Shown piece by piece: positions 26,165-39,950 of a stretch of DNA of 64,000 nucleotides (within the stretch, counting starts at the first letter, position 1; each line of letters begins with the position of its first letter). A program made the translations under genes and the position numbers. Source of the stretch: the human T2T-CHM13v2.0 reference genome, Homo sapiens; assembly GCF_009914755.1 (NCBI RefSeq), contig NC_060928.1. One strand, given 5' to 3'. The notes under the pieces are model-generated. The model was not told the origin of the DNA, ran no database searches, and was given only the letters and a program-made list of their open reading frames with translations.

Positions 26165-26542
26165 TTTTTTAAACTTTTATTTTAAGTGCAGGGATACAAG
26201 TACAGGTTTGTTACCTAGGTCAACTTGCATCATGGGGGTTTGTTGTACAGATTATTTCATCATCCAGGTATTAAGCCTAGTTCCCATTAGTTGTTTTTCT
26301 CAATCTTCTCCCTCCTCCCACCTTCCACTCTCTGAAAGGCCCCAATGTGTGTTGCTCCCCTCTGTGTGTCCATGTGTCCATGTGTTCTCATCATCCAGCT
26401 CCCATTTATAAGTGAGAACATGTGGTATCTGGTTTTCTATTCTTGTCTTAGTTTGATAAGGATAATGGCCTCTAGCCCTCCACTCATGTCCCTGCAAAGA
26501 ACATGATCTCATTCTTTTTTACGGCTGCATAATATTTCATGG
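26165..26542 (-). mobile_element. 5'-truncated L1PA (L1PA13-like) 3'UTR
   Basis: Antisense L1 3'UTR; perfect 17-bp TSD atttcatggcaaaactt at 26148-26164 and 26534-26550. Confidence 0.95.
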
Positions 26543-26857
26543 CAAAACTTAAGATGTATTAAAAACAATACAACTTCTCTGAATAGGTAAATCTTACTTA
26601 AACAGATTATGTTCTAAAAATTCATTTTATGAAAAGTATTTGGAATTTAAAACCATGTCCTCATTAAGAGTGTTATAATTTGATGGTGGGCTTGTCATGA
26701 AAGTCTTTGGAATCCAGTGTACCTGAAATATGAATAAAATACATTGCCTGGATCCATAACCCTCATAATTACTTCTGAGCCCCATAGACCCCTGGGAAGT
26801 GGAAGTGGTTGTTACTAGGGTTGATTTGGGGACATGGTGAGGCTAGTAGGTGGGCAG

Positions 26858-27305
26858 GTTTATTAGTTTCCTAGGGCTGCCATACCAAATAGCACAAACT
26901 GTGAGGGCTTAACACAACAGAAATGTATTTTCTCATGGTTCTGGAAACTAGATGTTCAAAATCAAAGTGTCAGCAGGGCCATGTGGGCTCCCTCTGAGGT
27001 TCTGGGTAGAATCCTACCTTGCCTCTTCCTGCCTTCTGGTGGTGGCCATCAATCCTTGGCATTCCTTGGCTGGCAGCTTCATCACTCACCTTCTACCTCT
27101 GTCATCACTTGACCTTTTCCCCCATGTGCTGCATCTTAGAAGGATGTTAGCCATACTGGGTTAAGGACCTCTCTTACTACAGTATCATCTAATCTTAACA
27201 AATTATATCTGCAATGACCCTATTTCCAAATATGGTGACATTCTCAAATACTGAGGGTTAGGACTTCGACATATCTTTTTGGGAAACACAATTCAACCCA
27301 TAACA
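26858..27305 (-). mobile_element. MaLR solo LTR (MLT1C-like)
   Basis: tattagtttcctagggctgcc...gtgtcagcagggccatg...cacaattcaacccataaca. Confidence 0.9.
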
Positions 27306-30019
27306 GTGAGCAACTGGGAAGCTGCAGAAGGGCAGAAATCTGTAGAGTTCTGGGTTCTCCAATGGCTGCTGTGTTACTGGCAAGAGCTTAGAGACCCCCC
27401 GTTGTTTGGATGTGGGGATAAGGATTACTCATAAGTCAACTAATTCATGAATGCTTCTATTTTACAGGTCACAGTTACTTTGAGTGGAAATAAACAAATA
27501 AGAAAATTCTATATTTAAAGAAAATTGCCTTCACAATCAACAACATTTTTATTTGAACCATGTCCTAAAAGCTTTCATTCCTCCTCTGAGATTCTAACAA
27601 TATCTCCATCAGTGTGAACTACAATATTAGGAAAAGAAGAGGATAACTTCAGGGGAGAATTAGGCAGAAAGCAAGGTGTGTTATGTAACACCTGGGAGGC
27701 TAAAGAAAGAGGCTATTTACTGTGAGCCAAATTCAACTCTCAGCACACTGCTCCTAGGCAATGGACAGGAGTGTATGAGTGGCTGAGAGCAGGGCTGAGC
27801 TTCGAAGCAAATTACTTTTTCTACAAATGCTCTTTTATTTCTAAGCTCACTTCAGTGCAGATGTGTCTCCTTCATAAGTGAATCTTAAGGATCAATTTAT
27901 AATCTTGGATCCACACTGTGGATATTGTGCTAGTCTTTGTCAACAGTAAATTTTAAGACAAGAAAGTTCAGAGAAATAGGGGATTAATATTAAGGCGGCT
28001 TTTATTCTTCATTAGTTTCTTACAGAAATATTATTTCATGTAAAAGGAATCTTGGTGTCCTAGTTTATCTTTTTCTCATTGTTTAACAGGTATAATATTA
28101 AATAGAATTAAAATCAGGAGTAGTATCACATGCTTATATCACCTTGTTATATTTTAGCAAGCTTTTGAAAAAGTCGAGCATGCACAGAGAAAAACTTAAA
28201 AGAGTAATAAAGGTATGTGCTGAACAGTCAATCTCCTTCTCACCCAAACATCACATATTCTTGTTTTATCCTTGTAAGAAATATGAAAAGTTATTCCTTT
28301 TAATGTTGCTTTCATTTTGAAGTTGTCACTCCTGCTTCCTAGCTGGTAGGACTGGTGTGGCAAATTGCTTTTCCAGAAGAAGAAAATGGTTTGCTGATCT
28401 TTTTGGTCATCAAGATCAGGAGTTTAAAAGATGGTGGTCAGGGTGAGGAGTGGAATCCATGCAACCAGGAGAAAACCACGAACTGTGACTTTCTCACCTG
28501 GGTCATCTGCATGTTGTACCCAGAAGTCGGGAGAAACGACATTCAGGAAGATATGCACACATTAAAATTGGAATGGGAGAATTCTCCAGAATATGAAATT
28601 TCTCTTCTCATTGGAAGAAAAGGAAGAATGGGCCTGAAAACTGTCCTTGTTTGGATGGAAACTTAAACAGCCTGTGTTGCAAATAGTCCTCATTAAAATG
28701 CCCCCTGTGTGCTTTAGTTCTCCTGAAAAAACTACCAACACCAAGGTAGGGTCAAACCGGCTCAATAAATTTTAAATGATATTAATTATTCCCATGCAAC
28801 TCCATAACTCAGTTTCTGGCTTAAAACCGTGAAACTTGCTAAGGTCTTTTTTGCTCCTGCAGCGTGGACCCTAGTGAAAAGGCATTATAAAAGGTTATTG
28901 CAGTCAGGTCTGTGAAAGACCTGTCGATTGAGAGGGAAGAAAATGCAAGTAGACATTATAAAAGATTACTTTCTGTGCTGCTAATGATCACTTTTGGTTT
29001 CAGTTTTCCTGAATGTTCAGGAAAGAAAGAGCTCACAGGAAAGGAATTTATTGCAAAAGAATAATTGCCCAATACATTACATGGCACGGTAGGGTTATAA
29101 TGAGCATGAGGAAGGGCAATATCTAACCAACCCTTGGAGTTACAGTAATAGTTTGATTCAACTTCCTTATACAGACTGCTGAGCAACCAGAGAGGTTTTT
29201 TCTTTTCTTTTTTTTTCTCCCCGAAGAATTGGACTGCAACTGTTTTGAAACTTTCTTGGGGGAAATGCAATTATTGACAAGATTTAATAAAGCCAAGACA
29301 ACTGAATGTGATGAGATGAACCCCTATTCTTTTGTTCTTTCTATGCAATGTAAGAAAATAGCAAGAAAACGATTACATTATAACTAAATGAATTAAACAA
29401 AGCTCCGAAACATAAATTAGAATTTAACTATGCCATTAAAAACTAATTTAATTTGCAAGGCATCATTACTAGGTAATAAAGACCCATTGCAAAATGTACA
29501 GCAATATCTTGTGAACATGTAAAAAAAAAGTGATAAATCTCATTGAGCAGATGAGTTTCTGTTGCATTAGCAGATACAAATGCTGAATAGATGTTTCAGT
29601 ATATAATGAAAGCTAGCAAGTAATGGAACGATTGGTTTCCTTAATTTTTTTTTTTTGCCGTAAATGGTTTTGTAGTTAAGGAAAGGCCTCAGGGAGAGTT
29701 GGAGAAGCACAAATTTGGTGCATGGACTTGGTGCCATAAAATCTGCTCTCAAACCAAGACAAAGAGAAGACATTTAAATATTTCGTTTGACAACATATGA
29801 AATATATTGTAGCCTACTTCATTCAAGTGCAAACAATATCTTGTTTCAGCTAATTGAAAATCTGATGGAAAATACAGTCTTTTCCCTAAAGTGTATCTTA
29901 TTCAATTGTGTTGGAAATAACAAGGTATATATAACAAATTCAAGAGATGTGAATAAAGAATTTCTTCAGTTCTGGGGTTACCAGTTTAAAACTTACTAAA
30001 AAAAAAAGCATTAAGTTTT

Positions 30020-30630
30020 TTATCCGATCAGAATAAGATGAAATAAAGTTTCAGAAAATTCATTTCATCGGAAATGAGTTTTAAATGTATACTTTCTAAT
30101 AAAACAGCTAACGATAAGCATTTCCGCTTCTGTCTGTACTATTTTGCCTGAGCCTGCAGGTAGAATCCAGTATCATTTTACTGACAGCCATCATCGAGTA
30201 CTGCCAGGAGATGGCAGTAAAACTCCGCTTTTCTAATCCAGCCTACGCTAGCGTCTAAAATTATTGTAACTTTTTTTTAATGGGATCACAGCATTAATAT
30301 AAGGTGGAGATGAAAACTTATGTATTCCCCCGGTTGTGTTATTTCCTCTGAGGTTGTGCATTGACTTTGTGTTGCGATTGGACTTTGGCTCATCCACGTA
30401 ATTATGCTCCCAAATAGAGTTTCACAAAAGGTCACGTGCTACATTATTGTAGGAATGATTTTATTAAATTGCTTAGTGAGTTGATGCAGTTAGACGTGTT
30501 CATTTATGTTTTACATTCCGTCATGAAATCTTAATGTTAAAAAAGTTAACACTTTGTTTAAATGTCATCTCATCAATGCAGCATTCCGCAAATTACCCCT
30601 CTGAGCTAACACCCGTCTTCCATGCCGCAT
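30020..30630. promoter_or_regulatory. Candidate conserved non-coding enhancer
   Basis: About 16 CpGs in ~600 bp of AT-rich, repeat-free DNA; TGACAG, TAATCC, CACGTG and TAATTA motifs. Confidence 0.5.
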
Positions 30631-30639
30631 TTACCCATT

Positions 30640-30815
30640 TACAAACCTAGAGACTAGAGCTTCCTGCTTCACCTTGAGATTTTCTGTTTATTTATCTGCT
30701 GTCTCATTCATTTGTAAGCTTCTCAAAGGCAGGTGTTACATTTTGGGTCTGAATCGCTGGTAGTTCTCCACCCAAATGTCACTTTGTAGTACTCAAAAGA
30801 ATGTGTTGAACTAAC
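30640..30815 (+). mobile_element. L2 3' end
   Basis: tttgtaagcttctcaaaggcagg...gtactcaaaagaatgtgttgaact. Confidence 0.6.
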
Positions 30816-33800
30816 TCAAGTCTCATCTGAAGGCTCAGAGGAAGTGTGTTTTTAATATATTGCTCTATTTTATAGAGCAGCGAAGTGGTGTATTTAAGGA
30901 CAAGTCAGGGAATCTTGGCTTACAAAATGAAGCCAAAAACTCCTAACTTTAATTTTGCTGAGCACACAAACAAGAAACTTTACTGACTGTGGTAATTAAT
31001 AGAAAATGATATATTGAGTTGCATTGCCCAGCTCTGAAATGGGGCCACTTTCTAACATATAACTTTCTTACAGTTCATTACCAAGAATGAAAAATTTTAA
31101 ATCTAATGAAATGGCAGGGGAGACAGAATGTCAATACTAAGGTGAAATGAACCTTTAAATGCAGAATTATCAATAAATGTATTATTGATTTTGGGAGAGT
31201 AGTCATAGATACAGTCATTTATTTGTGAAGCCACTTACTTTTTGTAAATGATTTATTGCAGATGAAGTGAGGAAAGACTATATTTTATTTCAAAATTATG
31301 GATGCAAAGAGATGAAATAATTATCCAAATGATCTTTACGCAGACTACATTTCCTTTATTTATATTACTTTTAATGTCGTAGCATTCTTTAATATATTAT
31401 GCCCTAAATGACTCCTAAAAGTTCCTAAGTTAAAAGGCTTCGTCTCTAAACTATTATTAATAAGGAAACATTTACTGAGCCCCCGGGACTTTCAGATGGA
31501 GAACATTTCTCCCACCACTCAAGTTTACTTGTCTTTACAACTAGATTTACTGGCTGCACACAGTAAAGAGGAATGTCTGTGCTCTGCCTCCCCCATTCCT
31601 CATTGCAGTAGACTCTTGCTACTACTAGTTCTAGGATCTTCTTGTCTTCCAAAGAGATGGATTCTTCCTGGCACAAGATTTTCCTGTCAGCACTGGGAAG
31701 ACAGTGTGGAGTGCAGGGCCCTGGGTGCCATGCGCCCTGCTGGCGGCTCTGATCGCTTATTACTTATGGGGTGCTCTCATTCACACACTCCTAGGTTTAG
31801 GCTTGGCAGGTCTTGTTGTGCCATAATTCATTTAAATGTAATTCATAAGAGGAAAGGAGAAGGCAGCTGAATGTGAAGCACAGACACAGCCCTTCTGCAT
31901 TTGAAAGTGTTGTGCAATTTATTCTCAGTGATTTGGATTCACACAGGCCCAGTGAACAGTTAAAGCTTTGTGAAACCCTCTATTAAAGAGAGGAAAGCTG
32001 AGGTACCAAAGGAGTTTTATATATCAGTGATTTCCTTGTGGTCGAGATAACAAATGAGGATGATAATTACCTACTTATCTATGTTTGTTTTCTAAGGACC
32101 AAATAAAACAAAAGAAAATAAAAAATGCTTTTGAATATGTGTAACAATTATAGTTGTCATTATTATCGATGGTGAGTACAGGCTTTGGGAGTGGGTAGGC
32201 AAATTCCATATCATAAGTCTCATAATTTGAAGAACAGTGATTCTGGTCAGTTGCAACTCACGTCATTATGACACCAATTGGGCAATATTCTGTGACTCCT
32301 CTGCCTTTTACAGAGAAACAAACTAGACCACACCTCAGTAAAAACCAAATCGATAGGACCATTTTCACAGATCCACTTCTACTACTGCTGTTCTTCTGTG
32401 TTTAGAAGATAGTGGGTGGCTTGCGGGCAGGGGTCAGGTAGACTATGTTGGAGACAACTTTCTCTTGTTTTGGTATTCTCAGTGGCAAAGGTCATTGTCC
32501 ACAGGGAGTTGTTGTTAATCCAGAGGCACCTGCTTATTTTTTTTTCACCACATTAATTTACATGAAAGAAGCCAACTTGGCATTCATTCGTTCCTAATAG
32601 GGGAACTCTGCCTTCAGGCAGTGGCATTTAGCAGCAGGTTCTGCTATTTCTTCATCCTGGTGGTACATGGGTATTGCTCCTCACAGAGTTAAACTGTAGT
32701 AGAGAAACATGAAAAGAAAGCTCAATGATGCTGTCTTGTATGGAACATAATACACTGTTATAACAAACAGAGCTTGATAAAATACCAGCAGCAGGGAGCA
32801 CAGTTATTTATTGCTTCAAGAGAAAATCAAGCAAAATAGCTACAAATTGCCTAAAGTACATTCCTCCCATCTTTCTTGAGTTTCAGTCTCTTTGGCTATA
32901 AAACAGAAAAGGCCTTTGTTATTTCCCAAGCCAAGATTAGCCTCCCTTAGTGTGCAGTGCCTGCTTTGGCTTCGTGTGAAGGAATGAGCTTAAATCTGAC
33001 CCAGAGAGCAATTACCTTAGAATGATTACAAAACACGTGCAAAAAGCTGAGTGTGCACCTGCTGGTAGACATACATCTGAGGCTATGGCTTGAGAACAAG
33101 CTCATTAGAGTGGCATCTCGCATTCTTGTTTCTACAGTGCCTTGAGGCATCAGCCAAGATGCTGAGGTTGCCTTCTCTTATTTCATAGAAAATATGGAAA
33201 AGTTAGATGAGTCGAGTGTCAAATTAAGAGAAAAAAAAACCTTTAGGAGAAGTGCCAGAGGAAAACCTCCCTGTTCTAAAACACTGCTCACTATTTCTGA
33301 TCCACACTGCATTACTATGTCATGTACAAGACAGTGAAAGTCTTACATACAGACATACCCCCGGAAGTGAGCTATGAACCCCACAGGTCTTCTAAAAATA
33401 CTCAGTGCCTCATCAACATGGCAGGCTTCAAAGAGCTCCTGTTCCTAAGGGGAAGGTTGCCTCTTTTAGGCTGCAGGTGTGGCCATGACGTTGTGAGAGT
33501 GTGTGGAAATGCCATGTTCCATGACCGCAGCACATGACCATGGCTTGTCATTGAAACAACATGTCTTTGGTAGTACATTCTGCAATCTTTACTCTGTTCT
33601 TCTCAGAAAACTATAAGGTCAGTTAGAAAATAATTATCGAAAGTAGAGAATAAAGGGGAACCTAGTTAATGATAAGGACTGGTAATATATGGGGACTAGT
33701 AAAATAATTGAACATAAAGTCTATATGCCTAATAGGCTTCTGGCATAACATCAGTGAGCAGAGCATGCTGCTAATATTACACATTTGCAGTTAATCTTCA

Positions 33801-33861
33801 AATAAATGTTAAAAGGTTAAGTCCAGTTTAGAGATCAGCTGCTATACAATATATTGGGTTA

Positions 33862-34098
<237 letters not shown>

Positions 34099-34996
34099 TT
34101 AAATGGAAACAGTATAAAATATTTTACAGAAACCAATAACTAAGATGCGGTAATAATCTTTATCAAAACATTGAGGATGACTGCTTAAAATAACACAGTT
34201 CGTAAATAGCAGAGGAGTTAAAGCAAATGCAGAAATTGGGTATTACTCAGCTAAAGCCACTTTTGGTTCTTCTGAACAACATTGTTTCACAAGAATTAAC
34301 TGGTTGGATATCTTATCAATCTAGATAAATATTATAGTTTGATATCGGGAATACAGTATCTTTTATAGTGTTTATGTCCTTCAATTCTAGATGATTGATG
34401 TGTGTTTGCTTAGTAGAGTCCATTCTGTTATTATGTAAATCACCCACAAATTATTATTTCATCAATTCCATGATGATTGATTGAACGTATGCTTGGGATT
34501 GCTGGTGTTACAAAAATGTTTAGGACTTGGTCCTTGTTCTCAAAGAATTTATAGCCTAGTAGAATTATACTAAAGGAGCTTATAAGTAACAATGAATTCA
34601 AAGTGGTGTATATTTAGTGCAGAAAAGTTAGATCTAGTAGTTTTTGGGTGGCTCCATCTAAAGCTGGAAATCACAGACTGGAAGCTCAGCCACACACTAG
34701 TGGTTTGACCTTGGCAGGTTGCATAACTTTTCCCAGCCAAATTTCTTACATTTAAATAGATTAGTATTTTTTTGCGAGTATCAAATGATATATGAAATGG
34801 GCATTGTAGTGCACTTGGTTAAATTATAGGACTGTAATTAGGATTCAGACGAGGATGACGTTGCATCTGATTGAGAGACTTCATTAAAAAAGGGGTAATA
34901 TTTAATCGGAAGTCTTGAATACAAAGTTCAATTTTCAAAGCTGGGGACATTTTCACCTAAAGGAGCAAAGACACTCAAAGTAGAAACAAATTAGAT

Positions 34997-35354
34997 TTCT
35001 TTTTAAATTTTGGTAAAATATACGTAACATAAAATTTATCATTTATCATTTTGACCATTTTTTAGTGGACTGTTCAATGGCATTAGGGCATTCACATTGT
35101 TGTACAACCATGGTCATCATACATCTCCAGAGCTTTTAAAATCTGAAACCGAAACTCTATATCTACTAAATAACAACTCCTCATTTTCTTTCCTCCCAGC
35201 CACTGACATCCACCATTTTTTCTTTCTTTCTCTATGAATTTGACTCTTCCATAATAGATACCTCGTATAAGTTATATCATACAATACTTGCTTTTTGTGT
35301 AGAAGTGACACATCTGTGTGTCAGAATTTCCTTCCTTGTAAAGAATGAATAATG

Positions 35355-35388
<34 letters not shown>

Positions 35389-36338
35389 AGTATTCCATAT
35401 ATATGTGATATATAGTGGAGTATTATATATTAATATGTAGATGGATAGATGTATCTCACAGTTTATTTGTTTATCTGTCAATGCACACTTGGGTTGCTTC
35501 CAACTTTTGGTTATTGCAAATAATGCTGCTATGAACATGAATGTGCAAATATCTGTTCAAGTCTCTGCTTCCAATTCTTTGGGATATATACTCAGAAGTG
35601 GAATTGCTCGATCGTATAGTAATTCTATTTATAAACTTTTGAGGAACTGCCATGTTGTTTTTGCATAGCAGCTGCACTATTTTACATTCCCACTAGCAGT
35701 GTGTGAGGGTTCCAGTTATCCTTACATCCTCACCAACATTTGTTTTTTGTTTTATTTTGTAAATGACACTTATCCTAATGGGTGTGAAGTGATATCTCAT
35801 GGTTTTGGCTTGAAATTCCCTAATGAAATTCCTGAGCATCTTTTCATGTGCCTATTGGGCATTATATATCTTATTTGGAAAAACATCTATTCAAGTATTT
35901 TGCCCATTAAAATAATTTTTTTTGTTGCTGTTGTCAAGTTATAAGAGTTCTTTATATATTTCTGGCATTAAACCTTTATTGGACATATGATTTGCAAATA
36001 TTTTCTCCCACTCTGTGGGATGCCTTTTTACTTTGTTAATAGTGTCCTTTGTGCAAAAAAAAATTAATTTTCTGTAATCTGACTTATTTTTTCTTTTGTT
36101 CCCTGTGTTTTGGGTGTCATATTTTAAAAATCATTGCCAAAGTCCAATGTCATTATGCTTTTCTTCTATGTTTTCTTCTAAGAGTCTTATAGTTTTCGCT
36201 CTTACATTTAGATCTTTGATCCATTTTGAGTTAACTTTTATACAGCGTGTAAGGTAAGGGTACAACTTGATTTTTTTTTTTTGCATGTGTATATCCAGGT
36301 TTCCCAGCACCATTTGTGTAAAAGATTGTCTTTTCCCC
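34997..36338 (-). mobile_element. L1MB-type 3' end, antisense, containing (TA)n at 35357-35387
   Basis: ORF remnants MFIAALFAITKSWKQPKC and WIKDLNVRAKTIRLLEEN; 12-bp TSD aacaaattagat (34985-34996) / aacaaatgagat (36339-36350). Confidence 0.93.
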
Positions 36339-36979
36339 AACAAATGAGATAATTTTTGAAGAAAAGAACATGCATAGAGTAGTTAAGAATCTAGTCAAAG
36401 AGCAAGCTGACAAGTTCATTGTGGTCATATCCTAGGCTACATGTTGGGCTCAGAAGTTTGGTCTTAATTTAGTAGAGACCATGGTATTATTGATTAGTAG
36501 GGAGGGTGTATATAGTGTGAGCAAGTTTGGAAGCAAAAGAGAATACAGTAGAGATGTTTTCTTTTATTTTATTAACAACTATCGTATCTAGTCCAGAAAC
36601 ACTTAAATTTATTTCTGACCTACAGATACTTTCACACTTTTGTGATCTATAAAGCACTGTTAATGAATTTTACACGTTGAATTGTTTTTCTCATCAAAAA
36701 TGTGATTGCTTATAACATAGAATTTGGAAAATACAGAATGTCATGAAGAAAAAAACCCCAGTCACCATTTATCCCACAATCCAGATGTTACTGCTGCTAA
36801 TATTGGCTGCCTGTAAGTTCAATTTTATAAACATATGTATTTTACACAAGTAAAAATAGTATTGAATGTGAAATTTTCCTTCCTTTTTAATTTTTTGTTA
36901 CTGACATTATTCTATGAGCACATTTCCTTGCCATTTTAATGAGTTTTAAAGTGTGTTTAAGTAATAAGTATTGCAAAGG

Positions 36980-37200
36980 GAAGCAGAAGAACTGGTTTTA
37001 ATCTTGGCAACAGCACAGACTTGCTCTCTAACCTTTACTAAGACACTCAGCCAATCACGACCTCACTTTCACTGCCTGCAAAATTGGATAATACTTGCTA
37101 CCTATTCCCCAGGGGTGTGATGAAGAGCAATGAGGTAATGCCTGGAAATTGCTTTTTCTTCCCTGTAAGAAAGGTGCTATGCATGTAAAGATTATTATAT
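36980..37200 (+). mobile_element. MIR SINE (degenerate)
   Basis: cctcactttcactgcctgcaaaattggataatacttgctacct. Confidence 0.65.
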
Positions 37201-37522
37201 CATATTGGGCTGTTGCTGAGCCAATAGTGGAGTGAAGGCAGAACCACTTTCTTCCCTTCTCCACCATCAGCCCCTTCATCCTATCTCTGTGAGCTTATTG
37301 GCCTGCTTTCTATACAGAGGGCTTATCACAGAAGCACACAGCTGCATTATGTTTCTGAAGCTTCAGAAAAATATTTATGGTTTAGACAGCAGTCGTTCTC
37401 GATGATTTGATTAGTGTGTTATGTACTCACAGACAATATCAGGATCATCCAGCGGCACTTCAGTATTCCAACTTCATTTATTCCTTTAGTTATATTTATC
37501 ATTGTTCTTTAGATCTGAGGTG

Positions 37523-37573
37523 GCTGCTGCTGCTGCTACTGCTGCTGCCGCTACTGCTGCTGCCGCCGCCGCC
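37523..37573. repeat. Imperfect (GCT/GCC/ACT)17 trinucleotide repeat
   Basis: gct5 act gct2 gcc gct act gct2 gcc4, read directly. Confidence 0.95.
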
Positions 37574-38374
37574 AGTGTTTCCATCTGTGTGAATGTGTGA
37601 CTGTGTGACCTACTGTCCTTGCTACACTCCTTAACTATGTCATTTGTCTGCCCATTTATGGGGCCGGCATCTGTTTGCATATCTTTCTTTTGCCACATAA
37701 TGGAGTGGACAAGATGACCATTTCATCCCTTTCTTCTAACTACAGATTTCCAGGATCATGTATTGCATCTGCCTAACAAACTGTGCCTGTAATGCCATTT
37801 CTCAAGAATTCATACTGTGGATTTCTGTGGGGATGTTGACTACCTTATTTATTTTGTGAGACCAGGGCTTTTGTCTTTAAATGGTAACAGAATGATTTCT
37901 GTGTAGTTTTTATGAAGTTAGAAGTCAGTAGATAGAGCAACTTTCTGCTAATAGCCTCTTACATTGAATGCTTGCCGTTGACAGTATTTTTATGATAATT
38001 TTTGTCATCTCTTTAACAGTCTGTAGTATAGGAATCACAGTGTATATTTTAAAAATGAGGGTGCAGAGCCTTTGCATGGCTGAATCTAGGTGTTAACCCA
38101 GGCATCCTAAACCTAGCCCAGTTCTCTACCCACTGCAGAGGGAGAGGAGAGGTAAATGATTTTCCAAGGACAGCAATAAGAAATAGGAAATCAAAATAGA
38201 ATTTATGATTGCTATATTTTAATCCAGCACTCTTGTTCCTTCCTCTAGCTTCTGTGATGTTAGTCTGAAGAGACTCTTACCTTTTTGTTTTGTTTATTAT
38301 ATGGCATCTGAAACAACACTCTGGACAGTCAGCAAAGGTTTGAGGTCTTATTCTGTTCTACAATTCAAACAATG

Positions 38375-38376
<2 letters not shown>

Positions 38377-38412
<36 letters not shown>
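38377..38412. repeat. Poly(T)36 homopolymer
   Basis: Direct count. Confidence 0.95.
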
Positions 38413-38414
<2 letters not shown>

Positions 38415-39679
38415 CACAGAGGCCTTTGAAAATCTTACACGTGTGGACAAAGCCTTGAGCATCTAGAGAAATCTGCCCAAGTATGAGGAATATTTGAAAG
38501 AGCATTTCTGAATAGCAGTCTTTACCCTTGATTTCTATTATACTTCATCTGTGCATTTTGAAATGCATTCCTAGCTTGGTTTTATTAATCCTACCACCTC
38601 TGTGACAAGAAAAGGAGCTGTTGTTTATCTCCATTCTACAGATGTACAGACTGAGTGACGGGCTGTGCCTAGGGAAGCTCTTAGGCTTTCTGACTTGCAG
38701 TATCTAATAATGAGAGCTTGTTCCTCTTGTGCCCTTTTGCTCGATGTTATTTTCAATTTGCTTTCTTATGTGGAGAGGGCATTTTCATCTTTTATGATAG
38801 TTTCGAGTTTCATTTGCACCATCAAACCTGTAAATTCTTTTGTTCTTTAGAAAGCCTGGTCAGGGTGACATCTGTCTCTTTTTTTTGGGAGGGAATGATA
38901 ATCTAATAGATAGGAAGATCTGCACGAAAATGAATCATTTTCTTTGCTTTAACTCTGCTTAGTTTATCATACGCTAAAAGCTTAGATTTAGATTTAAAAG
39001 GACTGGCTATAATACCTATGATAGTGCCATTTAAAAGTATAATACCATATGCAACTGACTTTTATTTCCTAGTGCTGCTCATCAATATATAAATATAGAT
39101 TTACCAATCTTAGAAAATTAATTGGAAATCAGAAAACATATTGACTACGTTTTTTTTTTTTAAACTATGTCCAGGGAAACTAAGAATGACTTCATTCTGC
39201 ATGTGCAAAGGTACAGGTAATTGGCATTACAGACTCATTCTTGCTGGACGTTGTGCTATGGAATTTTTGTCTATGTTGATTTTTTAAAAACAAAAGATAA
39301 TCACAGCTTAGCCAGAGCTATGTGATGTGCTTGTTGACCCAGCTAGCAAAGAGTTTTGGACCTTGTTTTGCACCTTGTTCAATACATGCATGCTGAGTGG
39401 ATAAATGAATGAATAAATGAATGAGTGAACGAGTACATAAACTGAATTAGACAAAGAAAGCTAATAGAAAGAAACTGGACATTAGAGGGCAATTCATGCA
39501 ATACTTTGTAGCTCAATAGGGAGAGCCACCAAGACTATATTAATTGACCTAAGGAAAGAAAGGTAGGTGGGAAAGGCCACAAATTTAGAGGTGATGTGTA
39601 AGAGTAATTTTTCAATGAGGAAATATAATTTAGGGAAATAGCAAAGGCATTGAGCCTCACAGTCCAGGTACAACTCTCA

Positions 39680-39950
39680 TAGATTCACTTATTTAATAAA
39701 CAAGTATGTATTGACTGTCTATTCTGTGCCAGGTGTGGCGCTAGAGATTGGGGCTACCAAGGTCAGTCAAGTAGTAACTTCTGTCCTTAAGCTCAATTCA
39801 TGTGGGAAAAACAGACTTGAAACCAAGTGGTACCAATGTAATATGGTTATTGATAGAGTAGAAATTTCTAAGATTCATCAAAATATGTAGAAAGGGTGTG
39901 ATCAATTTTTCTTGTCAGAGTTAGAGAAAGATTCACAGAGAAAGGAACAG
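39680..39950 (-). mobile_element. L2 3' end, antisense
   Basis: attcacttatttaataaacaagtatgtattgactgtctattctgtgccagg. Confidence 0.75.

Noticed and set aside
28355-28666. 103-aa ORF in unique sequence
   Set aside because: Non-ATG start, no recognisable domain, no convincing flanking splice pair; length within chance expectation.
31730-31746. CTCF-like sequence CCAGCAGGGCGCAT on the minus strand
   Set aside because: Mismatch at a normally invariant core G; too weak to call without data.
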